Shown one piece after another: positions 1-11,042 of a stretch of 33,025 nt of DNA. This DNA is from Candidatus Binatia bacterium (GTDB taxonomy: Bacteria > Desulfobacterota > Binatia > HRBIN30), in assembly GCA_038245295.1 (NCBI GenBank), contig JBBRSP010000046.1:1-33025 (forward strand). The letters are read 5' to 3'. The translations under genes were made by a program, and so were the position numbers. Within the stretch, counting starts at the first letter, position 1; each line of letters starts with the position of its first letter. Under the pieces are notes generated by a model. It was given only the letters and a program-made list of their open reading frames with translations. It ran no database searches and was not told the DNA's origin.

Positions 1-118
1 CCAGACCCGCCATCGTCTTGGTGATCGCCGCCGTCAACGTCGTCTTGCCGTGGTCGATGTGCCCGATCGTTCCCACGTTCACGTGCGGCTTTTTGCGCTC
101 AAACTTCTGCTTCGCCAT
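1..118 (-). CDS. tuf: Elongation factor Tu, 5' part (runs off window edge)
   Basis: Reverse strand from ATG at 118 reads [34 protein letters not shown], the EF-Tu N-terminus with P-loop GHIDHGKT. It lies downstream of the typical Tyr/Gly/Thr tRNA cluster. Confidence 0.98.
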   Translation of the reverse strand, partial: MAKQKFERKKPHVNVGTIGHIDHGKTTLTAAITKTMAGL

Positions 119-162
119 CGCTCAAATCCTCTAGTTCCAAATCGTCGCAACAGAAATACGGA

Positions 163-236
163 AGCCCAGGAGCGGAATCGAACCGCCGACCTCCTCCTTA
201 CCAAGGAGGTGCTCTAACCGACTGAGCTACCTGGGC
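163..236 (-). tRNA. tRNA-Thr(GGT)
   Basis: GCCCAGG TA GCTC AGTCGGTTA GAGC A CCTCC TTGGTAA GGAGG AGGTC GGCGG TTCGATT CCGCT CCTGGGC T: complete cloverleaf, CCA not encoded. Confidence 0.97.
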
Positions 237-339
237 GTACCCTACCTAAACTGAAATCTTCGCTACTCTTCGCTCCCTGGGTCCCGACCCGTGTTGCATT
301 CAAAAGTCCCAACCTAGACCGCCAGAAAAAAAAGGAAAG

Positions 340-413
340 AGCGGGAAACGGGATTCGAACCCGCGACCCTCAGCTTGGAAGGCTGATGCTCTAGCCATCT
401 GAGCTACTCCCGC
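340..413 (-). tRNA. tRNA-Gly(TCC)
   Basis: GCGGGAG...TCAGC CTTCCAA GCTGA...GGTTCGAATCC...TTCCCGC T: complete cloverleaf. Confidence 0.97.
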
Positions 414-449
414 TCACCTCTTCCCTGGTCCACGTCCGGCGGTTCTGAG

Positions 450-532
<83 letters not shown>

Positions 533-544
533 GTACATCGCAGG

Positions 545-618
545 AGCCGATGACCAGACTTGGACTGGCAACCTACTGATTATAAGTCGGGCGCTCTTCT
601 ATCTTGAGCTACATCGGC
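545..618 (-). pseudogene. Degenerate tRNA with a tRNA-Thr(TGT)-type body and anticodon TAT
   Basis: GCCGATG TA GCTC AAGATAGAA GAGC G CCCGA CTTATAA TCAGT AGGTT GCCAG TCCAAGT CTGGT CATCGGC T. Acceptor, D and T stems pair. The anticodon stem has 2 mismatches, the D-loop lacks GG and the T-loop reads TCC instead of TTC. It occupies the first (thrU) slot of the thrU-tyrU-glyT-thrT-tuf cluster. Confidence 0.75.
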
Positions 619-697
619 TCGTTCCTACCACCTATTCTTTTCCGTGACGGCTGCGCTCGGGCGCGGCACGCTCGGCGCCGCGTGGCGCGAATCGTGC

Positions 698-726
698 TCA
701 CTACATGACCAGCTTTTTCGTGTCAA
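698..726 (-). promoter_or_regulatory. Candidate sigma70 promoter of the tRNA-tuf operon
   Basis: TTGACA (726-721), 17 nt spacer, TAGTGA (703-698), then a GC-rich stretch upstream of the first tRNA. Confidence 0.45.
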
Positions 727-1483
727 GCCAACGGCGCCGAATCTCGAACAGGGCGACGGCCGTGGCGACCGACACATTGAGGGACTCAACCTTCCGTTCC
801 ATGGGAATCGACAACAGAAAATCCGCCCCCGCCTGCACCAACGGCCGCATCCCAGCTTCCCCCCCGACGACCAGCACCAGCGGCTCGGGTAGGGTTGTAT
901 CGTACAGAGAGTTGGCGGCATCGGCCGTGAGCGCGGCGATCCAGTACCCAGCGTTTCGGGCTTCGGTCAGGCTGCGCGCGACATTCGTCACGCGCGCAAT
1001 CGCCAGCATCGCCGTCGCCCCGACAGAGGCCGCCTCGACGACCGCGGAAATCCCCACCGCGTTATCTTTCGGCAGCAGGAGGCCGCCGGCGCCCACGGCC
1101 GCAGCGCTGCGTATGATCGCACCCAAATTGTGCGGATCCTGAACGCGGTCGACACAGACGACTAATCGCTGCTGCGCCGCCAGCAACGCCGCCGTTTCGA
1201 CGTAAGGAAACGGGCGACAGCGTGCCGCGACACCGTGATAGCGGTCAACTCCAGCCAGCAGTCGTTCGAGCACCTGCCGCGGGACTTTCTCCACCTTCAC
1301 ACCACAACGTTGCGCCGCCTCCGCAACACCGCGATGGCGGTCTTGGCGCTCGGCATCGAGGAACACCGTCTCCAGGCGTGCCGGCTTGGCTTCGAGCCAT
1401 GCCTCGATCACATGCCGCCCAAAGACAATGTCCGGATCCGCGTGCGGCGGTCCTGTCGCCTTTCCAAACTTGCGGCGATTCAC
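701..1483 (-). CDS. rlmB: 23S rRNA (Gm2251) 2'-O-methyltransferase, SpoU/TrmH family
   Basis: Motifs VFGRHVIE, DRVQDPHNLGAIIRSA, LVVGGEAGM, IPM..VESLNVSVA. The start is uncertain; GTG 1483 was chosen to avoid overlap with lptF. Confidence 0.92.
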   Translation of the reverse strand: MNRRKFGKATGPPHADPDIVFGRHVIEAWLEAKPARLETVFLDAERQDRHRGVAEAAQRCGVKVEKVPRQVLERLLAGVDRYHGVAARCRPFPYVETAALLAAQQRLVVCVDRVQDPHNLGAIIRSAAAVGAGGLLLPKDNAVGISAVVEAASVGATAMLAIARVTNVARSLTEARNAGYWIAALTADAANSLYDTTLPEPLVLVVGGEAGMRPLVQAGADFLLSIPMERKVESLNVSVATAVALFEIRRRWLDTKKLVM

Positions 1484-1498
1484 TAGGGTCGAAGAGTT

Positions 1499-2635
1499 TT
1501 GCGGATTGTACATCGCTACCTCATGCGGGAGATCCTTGCTCCGTTCGGGCTGGGCATTGGGATCTTCACGTTGATCTTATTGATCGCTCGGATCTTGAAA
1601 CTCGTCGAAATGGTCGTCAATCGCGGTGTGCCGTTCACCGTGGTCGTCAAATTATTCTGTCTCATCCTGCCGGGCTTCCTTGAAGTTACGGTCCCCATGG
1701 CCACCCTTCTCGCGGTCATTGTGGCTTTCGGTCGGCTTTCCTCTGACAGTGAGATCACCGCCCTGAAGAGTTGTGGGGTTAGTCTGTACCAGATGGCAGT
1801 GCCAGTGTTCGTCTTCGCCCTGCCGGTGTTCGCCGTATCCGTGCTGATCTCGCTCGTCGCTCGGCCCTGGTCCAACACGCAACTCCGCAACACTCTCTAC
1901 GAGATTGCCCGGTCCCGCGCGAGTGCCGCCATCAAGGAGAAAATCTTCACCACCGAGTTCGAAGGCATGGTCGTCTACGTCGACCACATCGTACCGCCCG
2001 GAAATTCCCTGCGCGGCATACTGATCGCCGATCACCGCGACCCGGCCCAACGGAATACGGCGATCGCAAAGGCCGGCATCCTGGTTCCCGCAACAGACAC
2101 CGATCGACTAACCATCCGGTTGATCGACGGTGCGGTGCATACCTTCTATGAATCGGATCGCAGCTACCACCGAACCGACTTCTCCACCTACGACATCAGT
2201 GTCGACCTCAACACCCCGCTCGGCGGTCAGAGTCGGCGCGAGCGCGACCCGAACGAGTTGACCTGGCACGAGTTGCAAACAGAAATCGACCGCCTTCAAT
2301 CGGTGGGGCAGCCGGCCCTGGCGGAACGGGTAGAGCTACATCGCAAGCTGGCCATTCCTGCCGCTTGCCTGATCTTCGCTCTCGCCGGCATCCCTCTGGG
2401 AATTCGCCCATCGCGCGCCGTGCGCTCACGCAGCCTGGCGGTGAGCATCTTCCTCATATTCCTGTACTACCTATTGCTGACGCTCGGCGAGACCCTCAGC
2501 CAGCGGGGCGCACTCCCACCCGTCGTCGGCATGTGGTTGCCGAACGGGATTCTTCTACCGACAGCCCTGCTTCTCTTCTGGCGCAGCGCCGCGGAGCGAA
2601 AACTTTCAGAGCTGTTCCGACCTTCTCGGAGTTGA
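1499..2635 (+). CDS. lptF: LPS export ABC transporter permease LptF
   Basis: MRIVHRYLMREIL N-terminus, GRLSSDSEITALKSCGVSL, ELHRKLAIP, TM helices flanking a periplasmic domain; paired with lptG. Confidence 0.93.
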   Translation: MRIVHRYLMREILAPFGLGIGIFTLILLIARILKLVEMVVNRGVPFTVVVKLFCLILPGFLEVTVPMATLLAVIVAFGRLSSDSEITALKSCGVSLYQMAVPVFVFALPVFAVSVLISLVARPWSNTQLRNTLYEIARSRASAAIKEKIFTTEFEGMVVYVDHIVPPGNSLRGILIADHRDPAQRNTAIAKAGILVPATDTDRLTIRLIDGAVHTFYESDRSYHRTDFSTYDISVDLNTPLGGQSRRERDPNELTWHELQTEIDRLQSVGQPALAERVELHRKLAIPAACLIFALAGIPLGIRPSRAVRSRSLAVSIFLIFLYYLLLTLGETLSQRGALPPVVGMWLPNGILLPTALLLFWRSAAERKLSELFRPSRS

Positions 2636-2639
2636 TCTC

Positions 2640-3737
2640 ATGCAACGGCCGCTCCTGCTTCCCACCACCAGCCGCTACCTGCTGCGCGAGACGCTCTCGC
2701 TGCTGATCCCGATCCTCCTCGGGTTCATCCTGATCTACGTGGTCGTCGATGTTTTCGTCAGGCTCGACACGTTGCTGCGCCACAGCGCGACATTGTGGTC
2801 TTCGCTGCGATACTTCGTCTTCAAAGTTCCGCTGATTGTGACGCAAATCTTGCCACCGGCGGTGATCGTGTCGGTGATTTTGAGTCTCGGGATGCTGGCG
2901 AGGCACAATGAAATCATCGCCTGGCGTGCCTGCGGCGTCAGCTTGATGGAGATGGCCACACCTCTGTTGCTGGCCGCCTTGCTCCTGAGCTTCGCGGCGT
3001 TGGCGTGGAACGAGCTCGTCGTTCCGTACAGCACTCGTCGCTATCAACAGATCAATCTGGAGGAGATCCGCAAACGCGAGCGCCGTTCCCTGCTGAGCGA
3101 CCACGAAATCTGGTACCATGGCGAGCTTGGCTTCTACAACATCGGTTACGTCGACAGCGCCCGACACACGTTGGTCGGCGTCGTCATCTATCCAACCGAC
3201 GCTTCATTCGCCGTGTCGCGCATCTGGCAAATCGGCAAGGCGCGCTGGACCGGTGAGACATGGGAGCTGGACGATGTCCAGGAGCACTTGATCGATGCCG
3301 CCGACGGCACAACGCCCCCGCCGCATCCGTTGACCGGACTGCCGGAGCGCTTCGATGATTTCCTGGAAGTCCAACAGGACTCCGACGAGTTGTCGTACCT
3401 GACCCTGCACGAGCGGCTTCAATCACTGCACAACAAGGGGATCGATGTTACGCCGTATATGGTCGACCTCAACTTGAAGCTAGCGATTCCATTCAGCTGC
3501 CTGGCGCTGGCCGCGATCGGCATCCCGCTAGCGGGACGCGTCCGCAAACACCCGAGCCTGGCAGCGACGACCGGTGCCGGTGCCGCCCTGGGATTCGGCT
3601 ACTGGGTGATCCTCGGGCTCGGCAACTCGCTCGGACAAACCGGCGCCATACCGCCGCTGGCAGCGGCATGGAGTGCCAATCTCGTGTTTGGTCTTCTCGC
3701 GGCGACGTTGTTTCTACGCCCCGAGTCTGGGAACTAG
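2640..3737 (+). CDS. lptG: LPS export ABC transporter permease LptG
   Basis: [40 protein letters not shown]; YjgP/YjgQ family, directly downstream of lptF. Confidence 0.92.
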   Translation: MQRPLLLPTTSRYLLRETLSLLIPILLGFILIYVVVDVFVRLDTLLRHSATLWSSLRYFVFKVPLIVTQILPPAVIVSVILSLGMLARHNEIIAWRACGVSLMEMATPLLLAALLLSFAALAWNELVVPYSTRRYQQINLEEIRKRERRSLLSDHEIWYHGELGFYNIGYVDSARHTLVGVVIYPTDASFAVSRIWQIGKARWTGETWELDDVQEHLIDAADGTTPPPHPLTGLPERFDDFLEVQQDSDELSYLTLHERLQSLHNKGIDVTPYMVDLNLKLAIPFSCLALAAIGIPLAGRVRKHPSLAATTGAGAALGFGYWVILGLGNSLGQTGAIPPLAAAWSANLVFGLLAATLFLRPESGN

Positions 3738-4132
3738 CGCTTCGAGTATTGTGGCCGCTTGCGGGCTTTGTGACGCCCGTACTTCTTGCGTTCCACTTCA
3801 CGCGGGTCGCGTGTGACGTATCCGGCCTTTTTCAAGGCAGGACGTAGCTCGGGGTTGGCTTCCATCAGCGCCCGCGTGATGCCGTGACGGATGGCTTGTG
3901 CCTGCGCCGCCACACCACCACCGCAGACGTTGACCTTGACGTCGAACTGTCCGGCAGTTGCCGTCAATTCGAACGGCTGATGGATGACCATGCGCGATGT
4001 CGGGCGGCCAAAGTAGTCATTCAAGCCGCGTCCATTCACCTGCACCTGGCCTGAGCCCGGCAGCATGAAAATGCGTGCAATGGCGGTCTTGCGCTTGCCT
4101 GTAGCGCTGATGGCTGACTTACGGTCCGACAT
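3734..4132 (-). CDS. rpsI: 30S ribosomal protein S9
   Basis: [27 protein letters not shown]-terminal [17 protein letters not shown]. Confidence 0.99.
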   Translation of the reverse strand: MSDRKSAISATGKRKTAIARIFMLPGSGQVQVNGRGLNDYFGRPTSRMVIHQPFELTATAGQFDVKVNVCGGGVAAQAQAIRHGITRALMEANPELRPALKKAGYVTRDPREVERKKYGRHKARKRPQYSKR

Positions 4133-4151
4133 AATCTCTCAATCTCCCTGA

Positions 4152-4586
4152 CTACACAGCCGACGGTTGCTGAGCTTGATGCGGGTGCTCAGCACCGCGG
4201 TAGATCTTGACCTTGGTCGCCAGCTGGCGGCCAAGACGGTTCTTCGGCAGCATTCCGTTGACGGCGTGCTTCAGAACACGCTCCGGATGGGTCTCGAGCT
4301 CGTCCGCCGCGGAGCGCGTACGAACTCCGCCGGGCCAGCCCGTGTGCCGCTTGTACTCTTTGGTTTCGGCCTTGGCACCGGTCCAACGCATGCCGCTCGC
4401 GTTGATCACGACGACGAAGTCACCAGTGTCCTCGTGGGGCGTAAACGTCGGCTTGTTCTTGCCGCGCAAAATGTTGGCGATCTTGGTCGCCAAACGGCCG
4501 ACGATCTGTCCCTGGGCATCAACGAGCTGCCATTTGCGGGCCGCCAACGCATCTGCCCTTGATGGCATGTAGGTCTTGTTCATCAC
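4152..4586 (-). CDS. rplM: 50S ribosomal protein L13
   Basis: KWQLVDA..GRLATKIA..LRGKNKPTFTPHEDTGDFVVVINA, GMLPKNRLGR, HPHQAQQP. The start may be 4583. Confidence 0.99.
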   Translation of the reverse strand: MMNKTYMPSRADALAARKWQLVDAQGQIVGRLATKIANILRGKNKPTFTPHEDTGDFVVVINASGMRWTGAKAETKEYKRHTGWPGGVRTRSAADELETHPERVLKHAVNGMLPKNRLGRQLATKVKIYRGAEHPHQAQQPSAV

Positions 4587-4649
4587 TCTACCTTGTCTTC
4601 GATCCGTTCGATTGAGTTCGGAGTTTATCGAGGCAGCGATTCGTGACGG

Positions 4650-4726
<77 letters not shown>

Positions 4727-4817
4727 GCAATCTTTCGCGTTCGCTCCTACGACTCTCCGTGTAACCTACTCCTAATTTACGCAGTCCATTGCGCCAGCGA
4801 GCTCAGCCAGTCTTGAG

Positions 4818-4889
4818 TGGGCGGTATCCGATTTGAACGGATGACCCCCGGCTTGTAAGGCCGATGCTCTCCCGCTGAGCTAACCGCCC
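4818..4889 (-). tRNA. tRNA-Val(TAC)
   Basis: GGGCGGT TA GCTC AGCGGGA GAGC A TCGGC CTTACAA GCCGG ... ATCCG TTCAAAT CGGAT ACCGCCC A. Confidence 0.96.
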
Positions 4890-4917
4890 CAATCTCATCC
4901 GCGGGCGGTGGTCGCCC

Positions 4918-5190
4918 TTAGTTCAGAGCGTCTCGTAGCGTTTTGCCCGCCTTGAACTTCGCCGCGCGCGAGGCAGCGATGTCGATGGTCTCGCCAGTCT
5001 TCGGGTTCCTACCCGTGCGAGCCTTGCGGGTGGAAACGGCAAAGGTACCAAAGCCGGAGATGTTAACCTTGTCCCCCTGCTTCAATGCCGCCACCACGTC
5101 GTCAAATACAGCGTTTACGGCTCGCTCGGCGGTTGCCCGGGGCAAATCCACCTTGCTGGCAACCGATTCGATCAGTTCAGCCTTAGTCAT
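4918..5190 (-). CDS. hup: HU family DNA-binding protein
   Basis: MTKAELI.., GFGTF, RKARTGRNPKTGE; conserved position after lon. Confidence 0.96.
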   Translation of the reverse strand: MTKAELIESVASKVDLPRATAERAVNAVFDDVVAALKQGDKVNISGFGTFAVSTRKARTGRNPKTGETIDIAASRAAKFKAGKTLRDALN

Positions 5191-5225
5191 AGTTTTTCTT
5201 CACTCTCGGCCTAAAAGGCCGCCCG

Positions 5226-5254
5226 CAGATAACAGCGCCCCATGCAGCTGTCAA
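5226..5254 (-). promoter_or_regulatory. Candidate sigma70 promoter for hup/tRNA-Val
   Basis: TTGACA (5254-5249), 17 nt spacer ending TGT (extended -10 TGn), TATCTG (5231-5226). Confidence 0.5.
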
Positions 5255-7704
5255 GAAAGATGCGTCACCATCGGCTCCTCCGGCCGCTCGAACGACTCCG
5301 TCGGCGGAATCTTGTCGGCGCTTGGTGGCACCTTCAAGAAGTGATCCGGGTGAGGCAATACCAGTGCCAGTCGCAACACGTCGTCCATGTGCTCGACCGT
5401 CTTGATTTCGACGTTCTTGAGCACCGTTGCTGGAATATCCTTGATGTCTTTCTCATTCTCGGCCGGGATAAGGACCAGATTGATCCCGCCCCGATGTGCC
5501 GCGAGCACCTTCTCCTTCAGCCCGCCAATCGGCAGGACGCGCCCGCGCAACGTGACCTCACCGGTCATCGCTAAATTGTTACGCACCGGAATTTTCGTAA
5601 GCGCGGAAACCAAGGCCGTTGCCATCGTGATACCCGCCGACGGTCCATCCTTGGGAGTGGCGCCTTCCGGAACGTGAATGTGGATATCGATGTGTTGGTA
5701 GAAGTCCTCGGCCAGCCCGAGGCGGGCCGCCCGCGAACGCACGTAACTCATCGCTGCTTGAGCCGACTCTTGCATCACGTCGCCCAAGCGACCGGTGATG
5801 ATAAGTTTACCCTTGCCGGGCATGATCGTGACTTCGGTAGCCAGCAGCTCGCCGCCGAGCTCGGTCCACGCCAAGCCCGTCGTCACGCCGATCTGCACTT
5901 CCGCGTCGGCTTTGCCAAAGCGGAAGCGCGGTGAGCCGAGGTACTTGGGAAGGTTCTTGGCGGTCACCGTGATCTTCATCGGTTCGCCACGTTTGAGGAT
6001 TTCAACCGCCACCTTGCGGCACACCGCCGCCAGCTCACGCTCCAGGCTGCGGACGCCTGCCTCGCGCGTGTAGTAGCGGACGATGCTGGTCAGGGCTGAA
6101 TCAGCAATATCGATTTGCTCGGGTTTTAGCCCGTTCGCCTCGCGTTGCTTGGCGATCAGGTACTTCTTGGCAATGTTGATCTTCTCGAGATCGGTGTACC
6201 CGGCGATCCGTATCACTTCCATACGATCCTGCAGCGGTCGCGGAATCCGATCGAGAGCGTTCGCCGTCGTGATGAACATGACACGCGACAAGTCGTAATC
6301 GACGTCGAGGTAGTGATCGTTGAAGGCCGCGTTCTGCTCCGGATCGAGGACTTCGAGCAGCGCCGAGGACGGGTCGCCACGAAAGTCCATCGACATCTTG
6401 TCGACTTCGTCGAGCAAGAAAACCGGGTTGCTCGACCCTGCCTTTTTCATGCTCTGGATGATCTTACCCGGCAGAGCCCCGATGTAGGTGCGTCGATGGC
6501 CGCGGATCTCCGCTTCATCCCGCACGCCGCCGAGCGACACACGCACGAACTTACGTCCGGTGGAACGGGCAATGGATTTCCCAAGCGAGGTTTTGCCGAC
6601 TCCCGGAGGGCCAACCAGGCAGAGGATCGGCGCCTTGTTGGCCTGACCGACCAGTGACTGCACGGCGAGGTATTCGAGGATTCGCTCTTTGACCTTCTCG
6701 AGACCGAAGTGGTCCTCGTCGAGAATGGCCTCGGCCTCGCTGATCTCTAGCTTGTCCTCCGTATAGTCGTTCCACGGAATCGACAGCATCCAGTCAATAT
6801 AGTTGCGAACGACCGTCGCCTCGGCCGACATCGGCGACATCATCTTGAGCTTCTTGAGCTCTTTCTCGGCCTTCTCGCGCGCTTCGGTCGATAGCTTCTT
6901 CTGCTTGATCTTCTCTTCGAGCTCCTGGATCTCGTTCTTGAACTCGTCCTTCTCGCCGAGCTCCTTTTGGATCGCCCGCATCTGCTCGTTCAGGTAGTAC
7001 TCTTTCTGCGTCTTCTCCATTTGCTTCTTGACGCGAGTACGGATGCGCTTCTCGACCTCGAGGATCTCGATCTCCGAACGCATGTAGCCCAGCACCTTCT
7101 CGAGGCGCTCTGCCGGGTTCATCGTTTCGAGCAACGTTTGCTTGTCTTCGAGCTTGACGCCCAGATGGGCGACGATCGTGTCGGCCAGACGCGACGGGTC
7201 GTCGATCGACGCCACCGACATGATCATTTCAGGCGGGATCTTCTTGTTGAGCTTGACGTAGTTTTCGAAGGTCGAGTTGACCGAGCGGACCAAAGCCTCG
7301 ACTTCAGTTGTCTTGTCGCAGACCTCTTCCAACTCCTCGGCCTGCACCAAGAAGTACTCGGGCTCTTCGAGGTAGCGCACGACGCGGGCGCGACGTTTAC
7401 CCTCGACGAGCACCTTCACGGTACCGTCGGGAAGTCTCAGGAGTTGCACCACGGTACCGAGAGTTCCGATCTTGTAGATGTCCGTTTCGGCGGGTTCGTT
7501 GGTCTTGGCGTCACGTTGCGCCGCCAAGAGGATGAACTTCTGCTTGTTCATCGCTTCTTCGAGGGCCTTGATCGATTTTTGGCGCCCTACGAAGAGCGGC
7601 ACCACCATATGAGGGAAGACGATAATATCCCTGAGCGGCAACAACGGCACCCTCAACCCACCACCCGCATCGGGAGTATCGCGCTTGTCGTTACGAAACA
7701 GCAT
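5251..7704 (-). CDS. lon: ATP-dependent protease Lon
   Basis: Lon N-domain [12 protein letters not shown], Walker [17 protein letters not shown], catalytic KDGPSAG and PIGGLKEK. Confidence 0.99.
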   Translation of the reverse strand: MLFRNDKRDTPDAGGGLRVPLLPLRDIIVFPHMVVPLFVGRQKSIKALEEAMNKQKFILLAAQRDAKTNEPAETDIYKIGTLGTVVQLLRLPDGTVKVLVEGKRRARVVRYLEEPEYFLVQAEELEEVCDKTTEVEALVRSVNSTFENYVKLNKKIPPEMIMSVASIDDPSRLADTIVAHLGVKLEDKQTLLETMNPAERLEKVLGYMRSEIEILEVEKRIRTRVKKQMEKTQKEYYLNEQMRAIQKELGEKDEFKNEIQELEEKIKQKKLSTEAREKAEKELKKLKMMSPMSAEATVVRNYIDWMLSIPWNDYTEDKLEISEAEAILDEDHFGLEKVKERILEYLAVQSLVGQANKAPILCLVGPPGVGKTSLGKSIARSTGRKFVRVSLGGVRDEAEIRGHRRTYIGALPGKIIQSMKKAGSSNPVFLLDEVDKMSMDFRGDPSSALLEVLDPEQNAAFNDHYLDVDYDLSRVMFITTANALDRIPRPLQDRMEVIRIAGYTDLEKINIAKKYLIAKQREANGLKPEQIDIADSALTSIVRYYTREAGVRSLERELAAVCRKVAVEILKRGEPMKITVTAKNLPKYLGSPRFRFGKADAEVQIGVTTGLAWTELGGELLATEVTIMPGKGKLIITGRLGDVMQESAQAAMSYVRSRAARLGLAEDFYQHIDIHIHVPEGATPKDGPSAGITMATALVSALTKIPVRNNLAMTGEVTLRGRVLPIGGLKEKVLAAHRGGINLVLIPAENEKDIKDIPATVLKNVEIKTVEHMDDVLRLALVLPHPDHFLKVPPSADKIPPTESFERPEEPMVTHLS

Positions 7705-7740
7705 CGGCGAATCCCTTCCTCCTTATAGACCGCGAAACAA

Positions 7741-8994
7741 CTAAGCGGTCTCGGCCGCCTTTTGGTAAAGCACGATCGGTTGCTCGTGCTTCGTGATCAC
7801 TTCTTCCGAGATGACCACCTCTTTGATGGTTGGCTGCGACGGGATGTCGTACATGATGTCCAACATCGCCGTCTCGAGGATGGCCCGCAGGCCACGCGCC
7901 CCGGACTTGCGCTTCAACGCCTCACGCGCGATAGCCGTCAACGCGCCGTCCGTGAACTTGAGATGGACTGCCTCCATCTCGAAGAGCTTCTGGTACTGGC
8001 GGGTCAGCGCGTTCTTCGGCTCGCGCAGGATGCGCACCAGATCTGCCTCAGCCAATTCGTCGAGCGTTGCGATCACCGGCAATCGTCCAACGAATTCCGG
8101 GATGAGACCAAACTTGAGTAGGTCCTCCGTCTGGACTTCGTGCAGCAGATCACTGACGCTGCGCTCGTCGCGCTGCCGCACGTCGGCACCAAAACCGACG
8201 CCCTTCATGCCGATGCGACGCCGGATGATGTCGTCGAGACCGACGAAGGCACCGCCGCAGATGAACAGGATGTTCGAGGTGTCGACCTGCAAGAACTCCT
8301 GCTGCGGATGTTTGCGTCCACCCTTCGGCGGCACGCTCGCCGTCGTACCTTCGATGATCTTGAGCAAGGCCTGCTGAACACCCTCACCCGAAACATCACG
8401 CGTGATCGACGGATTGTCGCCTTTGCGAGAAATCTTGTCGATTTCGTCGATGTAGACGATGCCGCGTTGCGCCTTTTCGACGTCGTAGTCGGCATTCTGC
8501 AAGAGACTCAGGATGATGTTCTCGACATCTTCGCCAACGTAGCCAGCCTCGGTGAGACTGGTGGCATCGGCGATCGTAAACGGCACCTGGAGAAATCGTG
8601 CCAGGGTTTGCGCCAGCAGGGTCTTGCCCGATCCGGTCGGGCCGATCAGCAGAATGTTCGACTTCTGAAGCTCGACATCACCGGTGACCAACTGGCTATC
8701 GATACGCTTGTAGTGATTGTGAACCGCTACCGCGAGAATCTTCTTGGCGCGTTCCTGCCCGATCACATATTGATCGAGGACCTTCTTGATGTCGGAAGGT
8801 TTGGGGATCGTCGAGGTGGAGCTCAGGCTTTCGTCTTGGTCGCATTCCTCTGCAATGATGTCATTGCAGAGATCAATGCACTCATCGCAGATGTAAACGG
8901 TGGGTCCCGCGATCAGCTTACGGACTTCGTCCTGGCTCTTGCCACAGAAGGAGCAAACAAGATTCCCGCTCCGCTCATCTCCGTGCTTCGCCAT
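7741..8994 (-). CDS. clpX: ClpX ATPase
   Basis: Zn finger [31 protein letters not shown] pore loop, RKHP. Confidence 0.99.
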   Translation of the reverse strand: MAKHGDERSGNLVCSFCGKSQDEVRKLIAGPTVYICDECIDLCNDIIAEECDQDESLSSTSTIPKPSDIKKVLDQYVIGQERAKKILAVAVHNHYKRIDSQLVTGDVELQKSNILLIGPTGSGKTLLAQTLARFLQVPFTIADATSLTEAGYVGEDVENIILSLLQNADYDVEKAQRGIVYIDEIDKISRKGDNPSITRDVSGEGVQQALLKIIEGTTASVPPKGGRKHPQQEFLQVDTSNILFICGGAFVGLDDIIRRRIGMKGVGFGADVRQRDERSVSDLLHEVQTEDLLKFGLIPEFVGRLPVIATLDELAEADLVRILREPKNALTRQYQKLFEMEAVHLKFTDGALTAIAREALKRKSGARGLRAILETAMLDIMYDIPSQPTIKEVVISEEVITKHEQPIVLYQKAAETA

Positions 8995-9001
8995 ACCACC
9001 C

Positions 9002-9595
9002 TCACTTCTTCGCCGCGCGAGCCGCGATCACCTCATCCACAATCCCGTACTCCACCGCTTGCTTACCGCTCAAGAACAGATCCCGATCCGTATCTTTTTC
9101 GATACGCTTCAGGCTCTGCCCTGTGTGTTTCACCAAAATACCATTCATCTGGTCACGCAAGCGTAAAATTTCGCGCGATTGAATATCAATGTCCGCCGCT
9201 TGCCCCTGCACCCCACCCAACGGCTGATGCAGCATGATACGCGAGTGCGGCAGGACGTAGCGCTTTCCGGCGGCGCCTGCCGCGAGCAACCATGCAGCCA
9301 TGCTTGCCGCTTGCCCCAAACACAATGTCGAAATCGGCGGCCGCACGTACTGCATCGTATCGTAGATCGCCAACCCGGCCGTCACCGAACCACCCGGTGA
9401 ATTGATGTAGAAGTGGATGTCGCGCTCGGGGTCTTCCGATTCGAGGAACAGGAACTGCGCGGTCACTAGATTGGCGATGTCATCGTTGATCGCCGACCCG
9501 AGAAAAACGATTCGATCTTTGAGGAGACGGGAGTAGATATCGTAAGAGCGTTCGCCGCGCCCCGTCTGCTCGACAACAAATGGAACCAGGCTCAT
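9002..9595 (-). CDS. clpP: ClpP protease proteolytic subunit
   Basis: [27 protein letters not shown], catalytic AASM, MLHQP, DRD. Confidence 0.99.
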   Translation of the reverse strand: MSLVPFVVEQTGRGERSYDIYSRLLKDRIVFLGSAINDDIANLVTAQFLFLESEDPERDIHFYINSPGGSVTAGLAIYDTMQYVRPPISTLCLGQAASMAAWLLAAGAAGKRYVLPHSRIMLHQPLGGVQGQAADIDIQSREILRLRDQMNGILVKHTGQSLKRIEKDTDRDLFLSGKQAVEYGIVDEVIAARAAKK

Positions 9596-9627
9596 AAGGC
9601 CACCGCCAACGTCATGCGTTCACCACG

Positions 9628-10947
9628 CTAGCCGTTTTCCGCCGCATCAGCAACGTGAGATGGCTCGATCTCGCGAATGCGGGCTCGACCCATGAGCAAC
9701 TCGGACGTCTTCGACTGCAACATGCTGCCGCGAACCTGTTCGCGCACTCGCGCGTCGGCATACACGGCGCGTGCGCGCTCCGCTGCATCACCCGCCTCCT
9801 CCACGAACTTGGCGATCTGTTCGTCCAACTCCGCATCCGACACACTCAGCGACTCTTGTCGCGCCACCGCTTCGAGAATCAACCCGAGTCGAACCTGCTG
9901 TTCGGCACGCGGCGTCATCTCCGCGCGCAACTGGGCCAGAGCGCCAGTCTCGTCGCGCGGCCTCATCTTGCGGCGGCCCCACTCTTCCCAAACATCTTCG
10001 ACGAGCGACTCGGTACGACGCTCGACCATGGCGCGCGGCACCAGGAAGTCATTCTTCGCCAGCAATTGATCAAACAACCCCCGCCGCGCCACTTCCTCGC
10101 TGTCCTTGGCGTGGTTCTGCTGCAGCCGGTCGCGCAACTGGCCGCGCAACTCTTCGAGAGAGCCGCTGTCTGCCGCATCCTTGGCGAACTCGTCATCCAG
10201 AGCCGGCACATCCTTGCGCATCAGGCCCTGCAACTTCGTCTGAAACACAACCCGCTTGCCGGCGAAGCGTGCGTCCGGTGCGGTTTCCGGATAGTCGACA
10301 TCGATCGTGACATCACTGCCAACTTCGACGCCGATGAGCCCCGCGTCGAAAGCCGGCGGGAAGCCGTTGGCGCCCAGTTCGATGTAGCGGCTCTCGGACT
10401 TGCCGACGACCTTACCGTCGAGACGCGCCTCGTAGGCAACGTCGACGACGTCACCCGCAACAACGATCCGACGATCGTCGATCGGCAGCAATTTCGCCTG
10501 CGCGTTACGCATGCGCTCGAGTACCGCCTCGATCTCCGCGTCAGTAACCGAAACCTTCGGGCGCTCGACGTCGAGTCCGTCGTAATCCTTGGCGACGACT
10601 TCCGGCTTGATCTCGACCGTCGCCGTGTAGCGCAACGCCGTGCCCTCTTCGGCTTGATCGGTGGCGATCTCGGGGCGTCCAATCGCGTGGATGCCCTCGC
10701 GCTCGATGGCTTCGCTGAAGGACTGCTGCAGCAAGCGATCAAACACGTCGGCACGAATACGATCACCAACCATTTGCTTGACGACGTGACGCGGGGCGCG
10801 GCCCGGACGAAAGCCAGGAAGGCGAATCGTGCGACTCACATCCTGGTACGTCTTCTCGAACTCCGCCTTCACTTCGTCGGCAGGTACTTCAATGATGAGA
10901 CGACGCCGTACGGCGTCGATTTCTGAGATTTCTACTTTGGCTGCCAT
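9628..10947 (-). CDS. tig: Trigger factor
   Basis: Ribosome-binding signature LPGFRPGRAP, FKBP-like middle domain, LDDEFAK; tig-clpP-clpX-lon-hup synteny. Confidence 0.97.
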   Translation of the reverse strand: MAAKVEISEIDAVRRRLIIEVPADEVKAEFEKTYQDVSRTIRLPGFRPGRAPRHVVKQMVGDRIRADVFDRLLQQSFSEAIEREGIHAIGRPEIATDQAEEGTALRYTATVEIKPEVVAKDYDGLDVERPKVSVTDAEIEAVLERMRNAQAKLLPIDDRRIVVAGDVVDVAYEARLDGKVVGKSESRYIELGANGFPPAFDAGLIGVEVGSDVTIDVDYPETAPDARFAGKRVVFQTKLQGLMRKDVPALDDEFAKDAADSGSLEELRGQLRDRLQQNHAKDSEEVARRGLFDQLLAKNDFLVPRAMVERRTESLVEDVWEEWGRRKMRPRDETGALAQLRAEMTPRAEQQVRLGLILEAVARQESLSVSDAELDEQIAKFVEEAGDAAERARAVYADARVREQVRGSMLQSKTSELLMGRARIREIEPSHVADAAENG

Positions 10948-11042
10948 TCTTGAATGCGATCCCTGGTCGTTTGCTTAAGCACACGCATATGGGTGGTTCA
11001 AGGAAGCGCCGCGTCGGCCCGATCAAGGATGCGCATCACTCG

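Noticed and set aside
545..618. A functional tRNA-Ile(UAU)
   Set aside because: Discriminator is U rather than A, G4-C69 and a C29-A41 mismatch do not fit Ile identity, and the T/D-loop invariants are lost; kept only as a degenerate tRNA.
8140..10926. Long plus-strand ORFs 8140-9237 and 9655-10926
   Set aside because: Antisense to clpX/clpP/tig; typical high-GC shadow frames with no motifs.
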